Of a stretch of DNA of 64,000 bases, positions 43,748 through 55,058 are shown piece after piece. The notes below the pieces were generated by a model that was not told where the DNA came from, made no database searches, and saw only the letters and a program-made list of their open reading frames with translations. Source of the DNA: Salisapilia sapeloensis CBS 127946. Taxonomy: Eukaryota; Protista; Oomycota. Numbering within the stretch: position 1 is the first letter of the stretch; each line of letters begins with the position of its first letter. The position numbers and the translations under genes were made by a program. The stretch is taken from the NCBI GenBank assembly GCA_023334545.1, contig JAADVB010000084.1, positions 1 through 64,000 on the forward strand, given 5' to 3'.

Positions 43748-46700
43748 CTAAAGACGCTGTTTTTTTATCGGAGGTTCGCTCGAGGGATATAGTCTAGCTG
43801 ACAGCGCCGGGAACGAAGTATCGCCTGTGGATGGGTCGGACACTAGCTTTTGTAACGTGGAAGCGATGGCGTCGTCCTCCAGCAGAGGCAGCGAGCTGGC
43901 CTCCCCACTGACATCGACCTTTGCCTGCAGCCGATCAAGCTTGTGCAGGATCTCGTCTACCTCCCTCTTGGCATCGTCTGCCGTTTCGAGTATCACCAGG
44001 ACATACTTTTTGACCACGTCCGTAGAGCTCGCTGTCCACTGGCCCAAGACAGCAAGAGGAAAGTCGCCAAACCTGTCTAGAGACAGGTTGAAGATCGTCT
44101 GGAGGACACTCGCATCCGGAGCCACCCGCACGAGTCCTCTCAAGAGTCCATTCATTGCCTCCGGGTGGTCCTCTGGCTTGTGACTAGACAAGAGTTTCCT
44201 AGCTGCTGACATGAACCGCTTGTTGGCCGTCGTAGCATCCGCACTGGCGATCTCGGCATCCACGAGGTCCCAGACGCCAAACTGCTCCCAGGACGTCCAG
44301 CTAAGAGACGTCTGGAGCGTCTGAGCCAGTTTGTCTCCAAAGACCTCAAACTCTCGTAGCATCAGGCGTCTGCACAAGCCTGTGAGCGTGGCTGGGGACC
44401 CGAGAGTGACCATGAGCCGCACCACTTCATCTCGTCGAGACGAGAGTTTTGTCAGAGCACTCGAGTGGAGGTTCTGTAGCAGCCACGGAGCAACATACAG
44501 GACGGCAGCATCTGTGGCGTCGACTACGTTGCTCGTCTCCGAGGCTTCGACGCTTGGTTTGTCTAGAAACGCACAGGAGAGAGCTCTCGCGTCGTCCATT
44601 TGCTGAGTGACAGCCAGGTCCTTGACGAGCGCCGAGTCTAAGCTACTTCCGAGAGCCTCGACGAACGTCGTGTATGGAGCCAATGCATTCTCAAAAGTCT
44701 TTGTCTTGGCTGTAGCGCAGCAATAGGCCAGTAATCGGAAGCTGGTCGTAGCGTCATGCGCGTGCATGGCGAGTAAGAGAGGGACGTATGTGTTGGGAGA
44801 CTCTCCTACCACGTGCTCCAGCATCGAGGAAAAGAGTCCTGGGCAAGAGTCCGTTGGAGAAGCGTTCATGTCGATCTTGGCGGACACCACGACATTCTCT
44901 AGAGAGGCCATGAGGAAGGTCCCGAGGTCTGTCGCTAGCTCACCTGCGTTGTCCATCCGACTCCACGAGATCAAGAGGTCGTTCAGACACTCGACAAAGG
45001 ACTCCGACGGGTGGGACGTTGGATCCGGAAGTTGCTCCTGGAATTTCTTCAAATCGTCTCCTCCGAGTGCTAGTAGACTTCCTGGTATCTCTGGCAGCTG
45101 AGACGCTTCCGAGAGAGCAGTGTCCGTGATCCGTCCTTCGAGGTTCGTATCAGTGACACCCGTCTGCTGAGCTTCTTGGTTCGTGGGCAGGAAGGAGGAA
45201 GAGCTGAGGGCATTGGAGTCCGTAGACGTTCCAACGGACGCAGCACTGGAGTCGGAGTGCGTCGGACTCTGCGCTCGGACAGGAGACGAGAGGGGGCTGC
45301 CTGCGCCCAGAGGACTGCTCGTGACTGGACTGCCTTCCGCGACGGGAGACGAAGGGTCAACGGACGGAGGGTGGGGGGAAGACGACGCAGAGACGTTCTT
45401 CTGGATGGCGTCTGGGTGGGGAAAGTGTTCCGGGAAGATGCGATGGAGGTCGCTCTTGAGGTTGGGCGCAGACGTCTCGAGCGCCGGGAAGCACTGGAGA
45501 GACTGGACGGACTGGACGACGCCGAGCTTGAGCGTCTGGGAGAAGACGCTCGAGACGCCCTTTTGCATGATCTGCTTATTCGTAGGCGACGCAGCGAACT
45601 TTTCGACGGCAAAGACGAGGAACTGGACCATGGCCAGCGTCATCGTCGGGTGGCTCTTGACGCTCTTAACCATGAGCAGCATGGCTGGCTCGACGTTCAT
45701 GATGCTGTCCGAAGGCTTAAAGTACAAAAAGTCAAAGAACATGGACAACTGGACTCGAGCCAGGACGTTGGGGCTCTTGCAGTGGAGGTAGAGCCACCCG
45801 AGCATGTGGTATCGAGGCGTCACTTTACTACTTAGGATCTGGTTCGACGGGTGATAGACGGCGCAGATGTATCGCACGAGGTCTGGCACGAGAGCATCCG
45901 ACCCTGGGCTCGTTAGGAAGTGAGAGGAAAACCACTTTTGATACCGAGTGACGTGGCTCAGCTGCACTCGCTCCATCATGAACACCAGGTGCTCTTCCAT
46001 CTTGGGCGTCAGACGATAAGCCAGGTACTTGGGAGGCGTCACGATCGCCATGAGCTGCGCCACGGAATAGAACGGTGAGTCGGCATCGGCCTCGGCGTCC
46101 TTGACGTTCCGCAGTTGCTTCCACAGGACGTTCATGCCTTGCACGTCCTTGGCGTCGTTCATGATGCGCACGGCCTCTCGGCCGAGCTGCGCCACCTCTC
46201 GCTGTCGGCGGTTCCACATGACAGAGCACAGATCCGTCTCCTGCTTGAGGAGGGACGCGTGCTGCTGGCCAGTGTGGTCCGGAGCGATGCGAGCGAGAGC
46301 GTGGAAGGCGAAGGGGATAAAGTTGGAGCTAGCTAACAGCCAGCTCTCGTGCTCCGACAAGATGCGGACGATGGAGGACGCTAGCCAGACGGAGGAGCGA
46401 GTGGCATCTCCAGGCGTCAAGTGCCGCAGGAGACTCATGAGTGCCTTGTCTATATTCGGCGCGTTGGCATGCACGAGCTCTCTTACGAGCCACAGGAGCT
46501 GGCTGCGGCAGGTGGTCTGGAGCTTGGAAAACTTTTGATCAATGAGTTTCTGGAGATAGCCCATGCTCAGCTTGTACCCATCCATAGATGCCACGGACGT
46601 CAGGTACTTTAGGTGTCGCTTGGAAGAAGAAGCGTCCGTCAGGAGAGCATAGAGAAGAGCAGACTCTGGCTGGAAGGTCTGTGCGTCTGGAGGAGACTGG

Positions 46701-47023
46701 TGCTGCGTCTGAAGCATCTGAATAGCCGTCTGCTCGTCCTTTTCGTGTACAGACTTGAGCATATTCTGGTAGTGGAAGCTCCATTTTCTATCGAGCTCAT
46801 CTGGAGCGTCCAGAGGCTGATGCAAGATGAGCTTGGACGCAGGTGTCGATTCTGCGTCCTGCTCCTTCGTCTCGTTCTCCTGATGCGGAGAGACTGCTCT
46901 TGCGGTGGAGGGTATAGAAGCTGGAGGCGGACTGGACGTCGGAGGTGGCGGAGGTGGCGTCGGAGGAGGTGGAGGAGGCGCCTCTCCTCCGTCGTCCTTG
47001 ACCGGCGGCGACGGAGAGCTCAT
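43748..47023 (-). CDS. INTS3: Integrator subunit 3 / SOSS-A, single exon
   Basis: QLLWLVRELV, RLTPKMEEHLVF, RYQKWFSSHFL, DLVRYICAVYHPSNQILSSKVTPRY, LFFDFLYF-like segment and IMNVEPAMLLM. Confidence 0.9.
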   Translation of the reverse strand: MSSPSPPVKDDGGEAPPPPPPTPPPPPPTSSPPPASIPSTARAVSPHQENETKEQDAESTPASKLILHQPLDAPDELDRKWSFHYQNMLKSVHEKDEQTAIQMLQTQHQSPPDAQTFQPESALLYALLTDASSSKRHLKYLTSVASMDGYKLSMGYLQKLIDQKFSKLQTTCRSQLLWLVRELVHANAPNIDKALMSLLRHLTPGDATRSSVWLASSIVRILSEHESWLLASSNFIPFAFHALARIAPDHTGQQHASLLKQETDLCSVMWNRRQREVAQLGREAVRIMNDAKDVQGMNVLWKQLRNVKDAEADADSPFYSVAQLMAIVTPPKYLAYRLTPKMEEHLVFMMERVQLSHVTRYQKWFSSHFLTSPGSDALVPDLVRYICAVYHPSNQILSSKVTPRYHMLGWLYLHCKSPNVLARVQLSMFFDFLYFKPSDSIMNVEPAMLLMVKSVKSHPTMTLAMVQFLVFAVEKFAASPTNKQIMQKGVSSVFSQTLKLGVVQSVQSLQCFPALETSAPNLKSDLHRIFPEHFPHPDAIQKNVSASSSPHPPSVDPSSPVAEGSPVTSSPLGAGSPLSSPVRAQSPTHSDSSAASVGTSTDSNALSSSSFLPTNQEAQQTGVTDTNLEGRITDTALSEASQLPEIPGSLLALGGDDLKKFQEQLPDPTSHPSESFVECLNDLLISWSRMDNAGELATDLGTFLMASLENVVVSAKIDMNASPTDSCPGLFSSMLEHVVGESPNTYVPLLLAMHAHDATTSFRLLAYCCATAKTKTFENALAPYTTFVEALGSSLDSALVKDLAVTQQMDDARALSCAFLDKPSVEASETSNVVDATDAAVLYVAPWLLQNLHSSALTKLSSRRDEVVRLMVTLGSPATLTGLCRRLMLREFEVFGDKLAQTLQTSLSWTSWEQFGVWDLVDAEIASADATTANKRFMSAARKLLSSHKPEDHPEAMNGLLRGLVRVAPDASVLQTIFNLSLDRFGDFPLAVLGQWTASSTDVVKKYVLVILETADDAKREVDEILHKLDRLQAKVDVSGEASSLPLLEDDAIASTLQKLVSDPSTGDTSFPALSARLYPSSEPPIKKQRL

Positions 47024-47187
47024 TTCAAAACTTGTCTTGTCCTCCTTGGTCTGGCATAGCTATGCGGACATTTCTGTATGCTTACATCTATGATTTGTCC
47101 ATGGTATTTGGATTTTACGGAAAGAAAAGAATAAAGAAAAGGAAGAAGGCAAGATGGAAGTAGAGGAAAATCCAAGTGTGTTATCAG

Positions 47188-48590
47188 CTAGTAGGTGACG
47201 TCTAGATCTGGGAATGTCTCGCGGATACTGGCCACAGCGTCTTTTGGGATCCTAATTCACATAACATGACTATTTCGGCGTAAGAAGCTACAAAAGTAAA
47301 TGCATACGATGTGTATCGAAAGTTGATCTTCTTGAGCTTCTTCCGCGGAGGCTCCTCTGTGTCCGCAGCGTCGTGGGCACTCGGACTGGGTGCCGGAGCC
47401 GCCTCTGCTTCTGTGAACGCACCCATCTTGGCGTTGACCGTCGACAGAATGGCCTAGAGACCACGTTAGACGAGGCTTTTTCAAAAATAAAAAGATGGAG
47501 GCGTACGTCGGCTGTAAAGGTCTTGACGCCGCACATGTCCAGCTCCTCTAGGTTCCTCCCGTTCGTCGCAATGTAGTGCAGCAGTCGATCTCTACTAGCT
47601 ATAAGTACCCAAGCGTACCTTCGGACCATGATAGCTTACGTGATGGCTCGGTTCCAGTGGACGTGGAGCTTGGCCACAGCGTCTCTCTTGGTCAGAAGAG
47701 AAATGACGGCATCGTCCGAGACGTCGCAGTATCCGATACTGAGGCTCCTAAGCTTTCTGCACTTGCTCATGATCGTCTTTAGGGCTCTAGTTTATACACA
47801 CGTGAGGGTTCCATCTACTAGTAGAGAGAAGGAGTCGTACGCATCTGTAATCGGTTGTCCTGAGACGTGGACGAGAGAGAACTTGGCGTGGTTCGGGTGC
47901 TTTTCAATGAGCTTGAGGATGGCTGGCAGGGTCATGTTAAAGTCTCCTCCGATATCAAACCCCTAGAGGCGATCAGCAGACGTACTAGCCTATAGGATAG
48001 ATAAAGGGAACCTGCAGCTTTGGCGCCATGTCCTGCAAGTAGCCCAGCGTCTTGTCACTGAGCTTGCGGCAGTTGCTCAGGTTGATCTCCTTCACCTCTG
48101 CAGAGCGTCAGACATTCGGAAGCATGCAAACGATCGCTTCCACTCACCTGTACAGTGCTTCAATAAGACCTCGATGGCGTCGTCTGTCAGTCGAAAGCAG
48201 CCAGACAGGTTGACCGTGTGGAGCTTGGGGCATTTCGGTGCCATCTAGGAGCAGCCACAGCAATCAGTCTCCTATCCGTCTACCTTTTGCAATCTAGTCT
48301 ACTCGCTCGATGAACTTGGTGGTGATTTTGCCACCGACAACCTCCAGCCTCGTCATGCTCTCGTCAAAGAACGAGAGCGGAAGGACGTCGTCCGTGAGCT
48401 TGCCGCCCTGCAGCAGCGCCTTGAGGATTTCGTTCTTGACGCGATGCATCCTCGACTTGCTCGGCTTGCAGATACGGTAGGCTCTATCTAGACTGGCGTC
48501 ATTGATGTAGTCCTTCGGGTCGGCCCCGGCCTTCGTGAACTCCTTGAGGACGAGGTCCTCTAGCGGCGGCACCTGTCGACGGAACGCCAT
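47188..48590 (-). CDS. Cys-containing LRR protein (AMN1/FBXL-like), multi-exon
   Basis: Minus-strand exons give [43 protein letters not shown] and LEELDMCGV; the last exon reads [20 protein letters not shown]. Confidence 0.75.
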
Positions 48591-48651
48591 GCGTGTGCCT
48601 ACAAAACGCGAGTCAAATTGGAAAGAAAAGAGAGGTATATTCTTTTCTTAT

Positions 48652-49497
48652 CTAGTTGTCGAAGGCATGCATCTCGTACACGTCCTTGGCCAGCACGTGC
48701 TTGAAGCCGTCCTCCTTGAACAAGTAGACGTTGCAGATGCCGCCGCTGAAGGCGTCTCGGTGGGTCGCGTGGTAGATGGCGCGAGAGCCGAGCTCGACGG
48801 CCTCGTCGTCCGTCAGGTCCGACCGGTAGTTGGTGTCCAAGACGCCGTAGGCGTACGTGCTGCCGGAGCCGACCGAGAAGAGCGGGTGCGTCTCGCTGGC
48901 CTTGGTGCGAGAGCCCTCGTCGTCCACATAATAGAGCGTCGGCTTTCCCTCGTCGTACCCCATCATCATCATGCCGATCGACATGCCGTACTGCTTGTAG
49001 TAGTTGCACGTATTCGCGATGAGCTTGGAGGCAGCTCGCACCGAGATGCGGTGGCGGTTGCGCAACTCGTACATGCGGCACTGGACGGCCAGGTTGCGCT
49101 GCCAGAACTGGCAGTCGGCGGCGCCACCGGCCAGCGTCGCGAGGATGTAGTCGTTGATCGGGTTGATCTTCTTGACCTGCTGCGACGCGATGAACGGACC
49201 CATGGTGGACCGAGAGTCGACTGCGACGCAGACGCCGCCGTCGTAGATGAAGGCCAAGGTCGTCGTACCCTTGGCGAATTTGAGCTGCTGCTCGTTGTCG
49301 CCCATGTACTCGACCTTGAAATTCGCGCGCGAGTACTCAGCCGGGTCCGCCACGGACGGCAGGAGGAAGCCAGGGTGGCCCAAGGACTCGGTCTGGTCGT
49401 CCTCGTCGACATCGTTCTGTCGAGGAAGGGTGTCTGGCATGGCGCCGAGCGACGGCATGGTCCGCTTGCTTCTCATAAAGTCGATCGAGAGGCTCAT
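48652..49497 (-). CDS. PSMB5: 20S proteasome subunit beta 5
   Basis: Propeptide then KG|TTTLAF, AVDSRSTMG, AGGAADCQFW, SVGSGSTYAYGVLD, ATHRDAFSGG. Confidence 0.97.
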   Translation of the reverse strand: MSLSIDFMRSKRTMPSLGAMPDTLPRQNDVDEDDQTESLGHPGFLLPSVADPAEYSRANFKVEYMGDNEQQLKFAKGTTTLAFIYDGGVCVAVDSRSTMGPFIASQQVKKINPINDYILATLAGGAADCQFWQRNLAVQCRMYELRNRHRISVRAASKLIANTCNYYKQYGMSIGMMMMGYDEGKPTLYYVDDEGSRTKASETHPLFSVGSGSTYAYGVLDTNYRSDLTDDEAVELGSRAIYHATHRDAFSGGICNVYLFKEDGFKHVLAKDVYEMHAFDN

Positions 49498-49949
49498 TCT
49501 TCTTCTCTTGTTTCTCTTGTGCTGGTGTCTTGGATCGCTGTCTCTTATGACATGTCTTCCGAGGTACCAGCAGCTCTTCCGCCCGCCAAGAGGCGCATGC
49601 TCAACTAGTAGCTACTAGGCCCCAAATGCACATTGCACTTTAGAAAGTATCCTTCGTGCTAGTTCAAGAGTATGCAGTAGGGTGTATAGACATGAGCAAT
49701 GTTCAGGAGTGCATACCACGACGTCATTGGAAAGATTGATCTAGTATCCTTGCAGTCTAGATTCATCTACTAGATTCCATGTCTACTTCCTACTACCTAT
49801 CCTTCCTCCTAGCATCCATCTTCTCCACGAGGACTGCAAGAGGCATCTAGCTTAAAAAACGCCCATGCAAGCTCCTCCAAAGTGGTAGCCATGGGGATTT
49901 GTTGTAGTCGACAAGTGGTGTCCGTCCGCCACAAGCTCCTTGACATCCC

Positions 49950-52394
49950 ATGAAGTTCGGCAAGCAGCTAGAGCTATCAGCGACGCCCGAGTGGCGAGAC
50001 TCGTACGTCAAGTACAAGCGCCTCAAGCGCCTTATTAAGCGCGTGGCGTTCGAGATTGAAAAAGAGGAGCGCAAGGAGGAAAAGGAGAGAGCCAAGAGCC
50101 CAGCTAGTGCCGGTGCGACCAACGGAACCTTTGCTTCCTCCTCCTCTCCTCCCCAGCAGACCACCAGAGTCAATGTGAACGAGACCCAGCCACTTTTGGC
50201 CACGACGGAAGACGGCGTCCAGGGCGCGAGGAACGAGTTCTGGAGCGTCGTCCACCAGAACCTGCGTGTCGTCAATGACTTCCACAGCGCCAAGATCACT
50301 TCCCTACGCAAGGCCGTGCAGGACTTTGAGAACGACCTGCTAGACGAACAGATCCGGTCCCATGGCCACGTCCACTCTCGCTCTCGAACCTACTCCCAAG
50401 GTCCTCCTCCTCCACCTCCATCCTACCACCAACGATACTCATACGCCCTTAGAACGGACCTTTGCTGCCCTCCAAGAGATCTACGACACGCTCGTCGACC
50501 TACGTACGTTCGTCCAGATCAACCACTCTGGCTTCCGTAAGATTGTCAAAAAGGTTTTGGTTGGATCTAGCTCTGCTCCTACTCCTGTCTAACACTCTCT
50601 CCTAGTACGACAAATCGACCGGAGCCAAGACCCTGCCAGAGTTCATGACGCGACTGAACCAACAGCCTTTCTACGCCTCCGACGATGTCGACAGCCTCCT
50701 CAACCGCATCTTCATGATGACTTCGAGAGACAAACTGGAGGCTGGGAACGTCGAGCGGCGCATCAAGATCAAGCAGAGTGAGGAGAACACGCTCCTGCGC
50801 AAAGTCAAGCGCGTTCCGTTCGGCGTCTCCGTCTGCCTCTTCATCCTCCTCCTGGTCTTCGACATCATGCCGGAAGGAGACCAAGTGCAGCAGAGGTGTC
50901 TCGCTATGCTCGTCTTCATCACGTCTCTGTGGGTGACGGAAGCCCTGCCGTACTTTGCCACTGCGCTGCTGGTGCCTCCGCTCGTCGTCTTCCTCCGCAT
51001 CCTGGACGACCCGGAGCGCCCCGGAGAGCTCCTGGACCCCAAGTCGGCCGCAGACGACGTCACGTCCAAGATGGTCAACCACACGACGCTCCTGATCATG
51101 GGCGGGTACGCCATCTCGGCCGCCTTTGCCAAGTGCCAGATCGAGCTCTACATCGCCGCCGCGCTCCAGCGGCGGTTCAAGAAGAAGCCCAACCTCTTCC
51201 TCTTGGCCATCATGCTCATGGGGCTCTTCTTGTCCATGTGGATCAGCAACCACACGGCGCCCGTCCTCTGCGTCTCCGTCCTGTTGCCCATCATCCGAGA
51301 CTTCCCCACCGACAGCACCTACGTCAAGACGCTGCTCGTCGGACTCGCCTTCGCTTGCAACCTCGGAGGCATGATGACCCCCATCTCGTCTCTCCAGAAC
51401 GTCCTGGCGGTTTCTTTTCTGGAGAAAGCTGGCTACGTCGTCACCTTTGGCAACTGGATGGCGCTAGCAGTCCCCTTCTGCACCATCTCCACCGTCCTCG
51501 TACGTCATGGCATGTCGTTTTCCTATCACCTCTAGCTAATCTTGTATAAAAACCAGTGCTGGGTCTTCCTCCTCTATGTCATGGACCCGCAGGACGCCCA
51601 GTTCATCCCTCAGATCGTGTACGACCAGCGGCAGAAGATCAGCTCCATGCACATTGCCGTCGTAGCACTCAGCCTCCTCACCATCTTCCTCTGGGCGACA
51701 CTGAGCGTCACGGAAGACGTCTTCGGAGACCTCTCCGTCGTCTCCCTCCTCTTCATGTTCTGCATGTTCGGCAGTGGCATGCTCAGCCAGTTCGACTTCA
51801 ACTCCTTTTCTTGGCACATCCTCTTCCTCATCGGAGGAGGAAATGTCCTGGGAGACGTACGCTTTTCCTACTTTAGCTACAGAAGCCCAACTAACCCACA
51901 TGCCTAGGCTGTCAAGAGGTCTGGGCTGCTGCAGACGCTCAGCAGCTCGGTCATCCACGCGCTGCCCGACAGCAGCGTCTGGGTCGTCACGGCCTCCCTC
52001 TGCTTCCTTGTCCTGGCGCTCACCACCTTTGTCTCCCACACGGTCGCCTCCATCATCCTCCTCCCTATCATCGTCGACATGAGCGTCGACATCGGGCACC
52101 CGCACATCCCAGTTATCTGCTGCGCCCTCGCCATCTCCGCAGGTACTCTCTCTCTTTCGTACATCTAGCTCTAGTCTACTCACGCTACGTACAGCCATGG
52201 CGCTCCCCTTCTCCTCCTTCCCCAACATTAACTCCCTCCTGGTGCTCGACGACCACGGACAGTCCTACCTCCAGGTCAACGACTTCCTCCGCGTCGGCGT
52301 CCTCTTCTCCCTCATCACCGTCGTCCTCATCCTCACACTCGGATTCGGACTCATCGTCGGCGTACTTGGCTACTCGATCGAGCCAAAGTTCTAG
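49950..52394 (+). CDS. SPX-domain SLC13/DASS phosphate transporter (Pho87/Pho90/Pho91-like), multi-exon
   Basis: MKFGKQL..EWRDSYVKYKRLK, INHSGFRKIVKK (SPX); LWVTEALPYFAT, SMWISNHTAPVLC, GLAFACNLGGMMTPISSLQN, FVSHTVAS, ALPFSSFPN. Confidence 0.93.
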
Positions 52395-52491
52395 GTTTCT
52401 ACAGCCTCCATCACACCTAGACGTAGCAAGACAAAGGATTGGAATAGACACAAGCATGTCGACGCTGTATTCGTTCTCTCGTTCAATAGAC

Positions 52492-52785
52492 CTACTGCGG
52501 CGTCTGGCCTGCCGCGCCAGTCTGCTCCTGCTGCTGCATGATCTCCGCGTAGCTCTCCTGCAGCCGGACGGACGTACGCATCGTGTGGCGCAAAAGTTTC
52601 TCGGCGCAACTGTTCATGCACGAAAGCTCCTTGTCGTCCAGCTTCTTGCTCCGGAACGAATGGACGCAGTCGTTGAAGCAAAGCTCCACCGTGCGGCTAA
52701 AGTACGCGATCGTCTGCGTCACGCGCATCTCCTCGATGTGCTCCTCCATCTTCCGCTGGAACTCGCGCTCTTGTTGGTTGCTCAT
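52492..52785 (-). CDS. TIM9: Small Tim chaperone, TIM9-like
   Basis: Twin CX3C: VELCFNDCVHSFRSKKLDDKELSCMNSCAEK. Confidence 0.88.
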   Translation of the reverse strand: MSNQQEREFQRKMEEHIEEMRVTQTIAYFSRTVELCFNDCVHSFRSKKLDDKELSCMNSCAEKLLRHTMRTSVRLQESYAEIMQQQEQTGAAGQTPQ

Positions 52786-53413
52786 CTTGTCGCTACGATC
52801 CGCTCGGCTCGACTTTAGTGGTGGCAGCGGTGGCCTATATTCAGTTTCAGAGGACTCTATTAAATATGGGAGGTATAGAGGAAAACAAACAAGAGACTTG
52901 GGTCAGTATCTGCCGATGCGGATATGCTGATGCGTCCATGGCTTACTTCCATACATGAGATATTCTGTAATAGTACTCATCTTGCCTGTTATAAAAATGA
53001 CGGAAGGCTCAGATTACCATATCATCCCAACATGACCATATTCACTTACAGAATCCTACATACGCTTCAATTGTCCATGATAGACGTCATACGAGTGACC
53101 CCGTAGCCATGTCCATCAAAACGGACGCGCAAGGTAGTCAAACAGATGAGGCAGAGAACCACTACAAGATAATACTGGCATGTACCTAAACCCTACGTTT
53201 TAGATAAAACGGTCCAATCAGAAGTGCGTCCTACACCCATCTCTCATCGGAATCAGTCCATCCGAGAGCTGCTCAGATCCTCTTCCTCCAGAGCAGTTCC
53301 TTGCTACGTAGACCCACTCGCACGTCCTAAAATATTCTCATTGCCACCACCATCAGACGACAGACGACAGATCTCTGCCTATTAAACTGTTAAACTTTTC
53401 GTGAACTATTGAG

Positions 53414-54323
53414 ATGAGGCAGAATACATGGGGAGCGTGGCTCGACCGGCTCGAGAGCGCTCGATCGCAGGAGAATAACATTTCCAGTCAATTACGCAAT
53501 GGGAATGCAGACAACGTCGGTGCGAGCGTGTTCTCGCTGCAGCAAACTGTGTCGCGATTGAAACGCGATTTCAGTCAGCTCGAGCGATCAAGCTCGGATG
53601 ATGTGTACAATTCCTATTGTCTTCAAGTGCATTGACTTTGGCTGACAGTATTTTGACAGGACGGAAGATGAAATGCAGCGTCGAAAGCAAGTGCTCAAGC
53701 AGCTAGATGAAAGCACAGTAGGACTCTTTGCCATTTCACGTCTAGACTACGGAAGATAGCACGTACTTACCACTCTATCCAGCAAGCAGACGTGAGTGCC
53801 TATGACCGGCGAAAGTCTAACGGAGCAAGGTGCTGCTCATATCAATTTGCTTCTGATGAGGACCATCTAACATACGCGGTAGAGGACAGAATGGCAACGA
53901 CTACCACCGCAACCTCCTCGGCATGCAAAACCAAATTATGAAAGGTATGTCTACAATATGCAAATGGCCTATTGCACTACATCTGACTCGTGTCCTCTAG
54001 ATCAGGACGACCAGCTAGATCTCATCAGCAGGGGTGTCTCCAACCTCCGCAACTACAGCAACGCAGTCAGGGACGAGTCAGATCTGCACACGCGACTGCT
54101 GTCGGATGTCGGCAATGATGTGGAGAAAGCAACGGGCGGTCTCGAAAGCGAAGGAGCGCGCGCTGACTACGTGCGTTCATTTCTTTTTATAATGGCTCGT
54201 CTTGTAGTCTTATTAATGTATCCAACGTAGGTGGCGCGTCAAAGCAGCAACTTTAAGCTGTACATCATCATTATCATCCTCATCGCCATCCTCATCCTGC
54301 TGCTCATGCTCGGCAGCGGATAA
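53414..54323 (+). CDS. Qc-SNARE, syntaxin-8/SYP5-like (multi-exon)
   Basis: TEDEMQRRKQVL, QNQIMK|DQDDQLDLISRGVSNLRNYSNAVRDESDLHTRLLSDV, and TM anchor LYIIIIILIAILILLLML. Confidence 0.85.
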
Positions 54324-54609
54324 GGCGATTGCTTTCTTTCAAAAGGTCCTGGTGGGACTGGCCGATGAACCGCCACTAGGTACGCAAATAGGTGGACATT
54401 GAATTCCTTCAAGACCAAATCAAAAAATATCCGTCGTCATTTTTGTTTATTCCGTCTTATCACTCTTCTTATACCTTTGGACTGTTCTCTGTCGTGGAGT
54501 CCGTCTCGGCTGCTTCTTCTGCAGATCGTTCTTCATTATAAACCGGAGCACATCGTAAATCACTCGCACCTATGTTCATTTTAACACTTGTAAAATGTAC
54601 AGAGCGATA

Positions 54610-55058
54610 CTAGTCTTGGAAAGCAAGTACATTGTTGAGGAAAACGATGCTGGACAACCCAATCTGCACACATGGAAGCAGTGGAAGCGTAGGAGCGTCG
54701 TACAGTTTCTTTGCCGGTAGAAAGATGTCACCGTAGAGCGTCAGCAAGGAGAGGAACATGCCAAAACGCACAAACTACGCATACGCACGCACATTGTCGA
54801 TAAAATCCATATGCACATGACTAAGCATATCAATCTACTTACAAGGCTTGGATTGCGAAAGTAAGCTGCTGTGGATGCGAGAGACGCTGTCATACGAATC
54901 CAGCCAGCTTTGGTGCCGCTCGCGATGTAGCAGCCGATGAGGACAACTAGCAGCACAGCCTGAGCGTACATGAGTCGGTCGGTCCTCACGCTACGTCCAC
55001 TCTTTTGGGCAGGACCCCAGAGAGCTTGGTGCACGCTTTCGTGCTTCAAGATGACCAT
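54610..55058 (-). CDS. Hypothetical small multi-pass membrane protein (2 exons, ~127 aa)
   Basis: Exon 1 ends RNPSL|gtaagt; after the intron ...gcgtag| the frame continues FVRFGMFLSLLTLYGDIFLPAKKLYD..IGLSSIVFLNNVLAFQD*. Confidence 0.7.

Noticed and set aside
31429-49497. Functional clustering (PI31 with PSMB5; GOSR1, VPS52, STX8, HEATR5; RPB4, INTS3, RBM22)
   Set aside because: These are common housekeeping categories separated by unrelated genes, with no shared regulatory sequence seen.
1522-52930. Many long overlapping or antisense ORFs in the ORF track (e.g. 48535-49608, 50579-51253, 45176-45835)
   Set aside because: They are shadow frames of GC3-rich real genes and carry no recognisable domains.
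4000-54000. High frequency of TCGA and other CpG-containing palindromes
   Set aside because: Consistent with oomycetes lacking 5mC-driven CpG loss; a genome-wide trait rather than a local system.
2868-54323. Apparent in-frame TAG stops interrupting genes (possible recoding or readthrough)
   Set aside because: Every case I examined resolves as a short GT-AG intron, often ending in CTAG; the standard code suffices.
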